Shown one piece after another: positions 62,759 through 64,000 of a stretch of DNA of 64,000 bases. The notes beneath the pieces were generated by a model. That model saw only the letters and a list, made by a program, of their open reading frames with translations. It did no database searches and was not told the DNA's origin. Position 1 is the first letter of the stretch. Every line of letters begins with the position of its first letter. Position numbers and translations under genes: made by a program. The stretch comes from Camelus ferus (lineage: Eukaryota), in the NCBI RefSeq assembly GCF_009834535.1, contig NC_045697.1, positions 52,206,001 to 52,270,000 of the forward strand. The letters run 5' to 3'.

Positions 62759-63279
62759 CAACCATAGAAATAAAGACCTTTCTTGTTGATCTAGTCAAGT
62801 ATCAAATATATTGATCATAAGAATCTGCAATTATTAGACACTAGAAATACCAAATCTTGTAGGATGACATAATCATGGCCTTCATGAAGGTCACAGCCTA
62901 GTAGGGGACAGAGGAACTTCTAAAGAAAACTCTAAAATTTATTCCATACATCTCCACATCAGCTGCAAACTTCAGTCACCAGAGAAAGGAGACAGCAAGT
63001 GATCAAGACATTGGCGGATAGAAAGGTTCCTGATTCTAAGCTCTCAAAAGTGTTCAATGTATCTTATTACATTTACTGAGTTCAAGACAGTTGTTTTTAA
63101 AAATTATTGCTTTATTGAATTTTAAAAATTAAAGTGTATAGAGTTTAAAAAGAGAAACAAAATGTAATTTTTCTTTTTCTTTTTCTTTTTTTTTAACTCA
63201 TTTTTAACCCATGTCAAGGCACATTCAGTATGGTGAAGAGTCTAAAAAAACTCAGGTGCAACAAAGAAGAAATGTGTTC

Positions 63280-63492
63280 TCTACAAGTACCATACCATGG
63301 GTCAACTTCCTGAAATCCTGGAATTTAGTTTCTTAAATGTAAAGATTTTTGGTCAATGTGAATTATTTCTAATTTTTTTAGTTTATATCTACCACGTGAG
63401 AATTTATAGTGAAAATTAGAGAAAACATATAAAATTACCTAGCAGAATTTCTGGCCTAAGGAAAATGCACAACAAACAGTAGTTTCCCATTA
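63280..63492 (+). mobile_element. MIR fragment
   Basis: tagtttcttaaatgtaaag...atctaccacgtgagaatttatagtgaaaattaga...cctagcagaatttctggc. Confidence 0.55.
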
Positions 63493-63493
63493 C

Positions 63494-63496
<3 letters not shown>

Positions 63497-63548
<52 letters not shown>
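63497..63548. repeat. (TG)26 microsatellite
   Basis: Directly visible. Confidence 0.97.
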
Positions 63549-63550
<2 letters not shown>

Positions 63551-64000
63551 ATTTGAATTAAACTTTTCGTTTCACTAAACTTGGACTCATTTTATGGTGG
63601 AAATAAATAAATCTACAATTTCTCCAAAAATGAGTTGTGATTTTTTTTAAACCATCAGCTGTTAAGAAGTCTAATTTGGGTAGTTATCAAGCAAAATATA
63701 ACTTGTCATGCACAGCAACCAATTTTTATGTGTCACAGAATGCAAAATTAAAACACCAGATCCCTTAGCAAAATATATGCAAAATGAAGTTGGCATAAAG
63801 GTTAATAGATTTCCTTTTAAATTCCATGATAGTTTATTCCTATTATATCTAAAACTGGAATTTTTTAAAACTTAAAATAGTCTTAAAAGCTCTTCTAGAG
63901 TTCTTATATTTGCCACATATGCAGCTCTATTCGGATTGGCACAAGGCAAATAGATGGGTGGATGGATGATAGATTTATTGATCAACAAACAGATAGATAG

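Overview
This is repeat-rich, AT-rich, CpG-poor placental-mammal genomic DNA. It is most likely from a camelid (alpaca/llama/camel), judged from two tRNA-derived Vic-1-type SINEs and several artiodactyl-type L1 3' tails. I could not support any protein-coding gene, RNA gene, CpG island or processed pseudogene. ORF-track hits that resemble real proteins are L1 ORF2 remnants, and the rest look like chance ORFs. The window is a layered transposon record: ancient MIR, L2 and hAT MITEs; old L1M elements; MaLR, ERVL and ERV1 LTRs, some with internal gag/pol remnants; and nine 5'-truncated lineage-type L1 tails, six with readable target-site duplications (TSDs). The best second-look items are an LTR inserted antisense into a related LTR that makes a long inverted repeat, an intact MER41-like solo LTR, a strong L1/LTR strand bias, an unexplained 26-bp direct repeat, and a few strong TF motifs (CTCF, NFI, NF-kB plus GAS). 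I found no evidence for a new biological system. Family names come from my recall of consensus sequences, not from a database search. Boundaries without a TSD are approximate, to within tens of bases.
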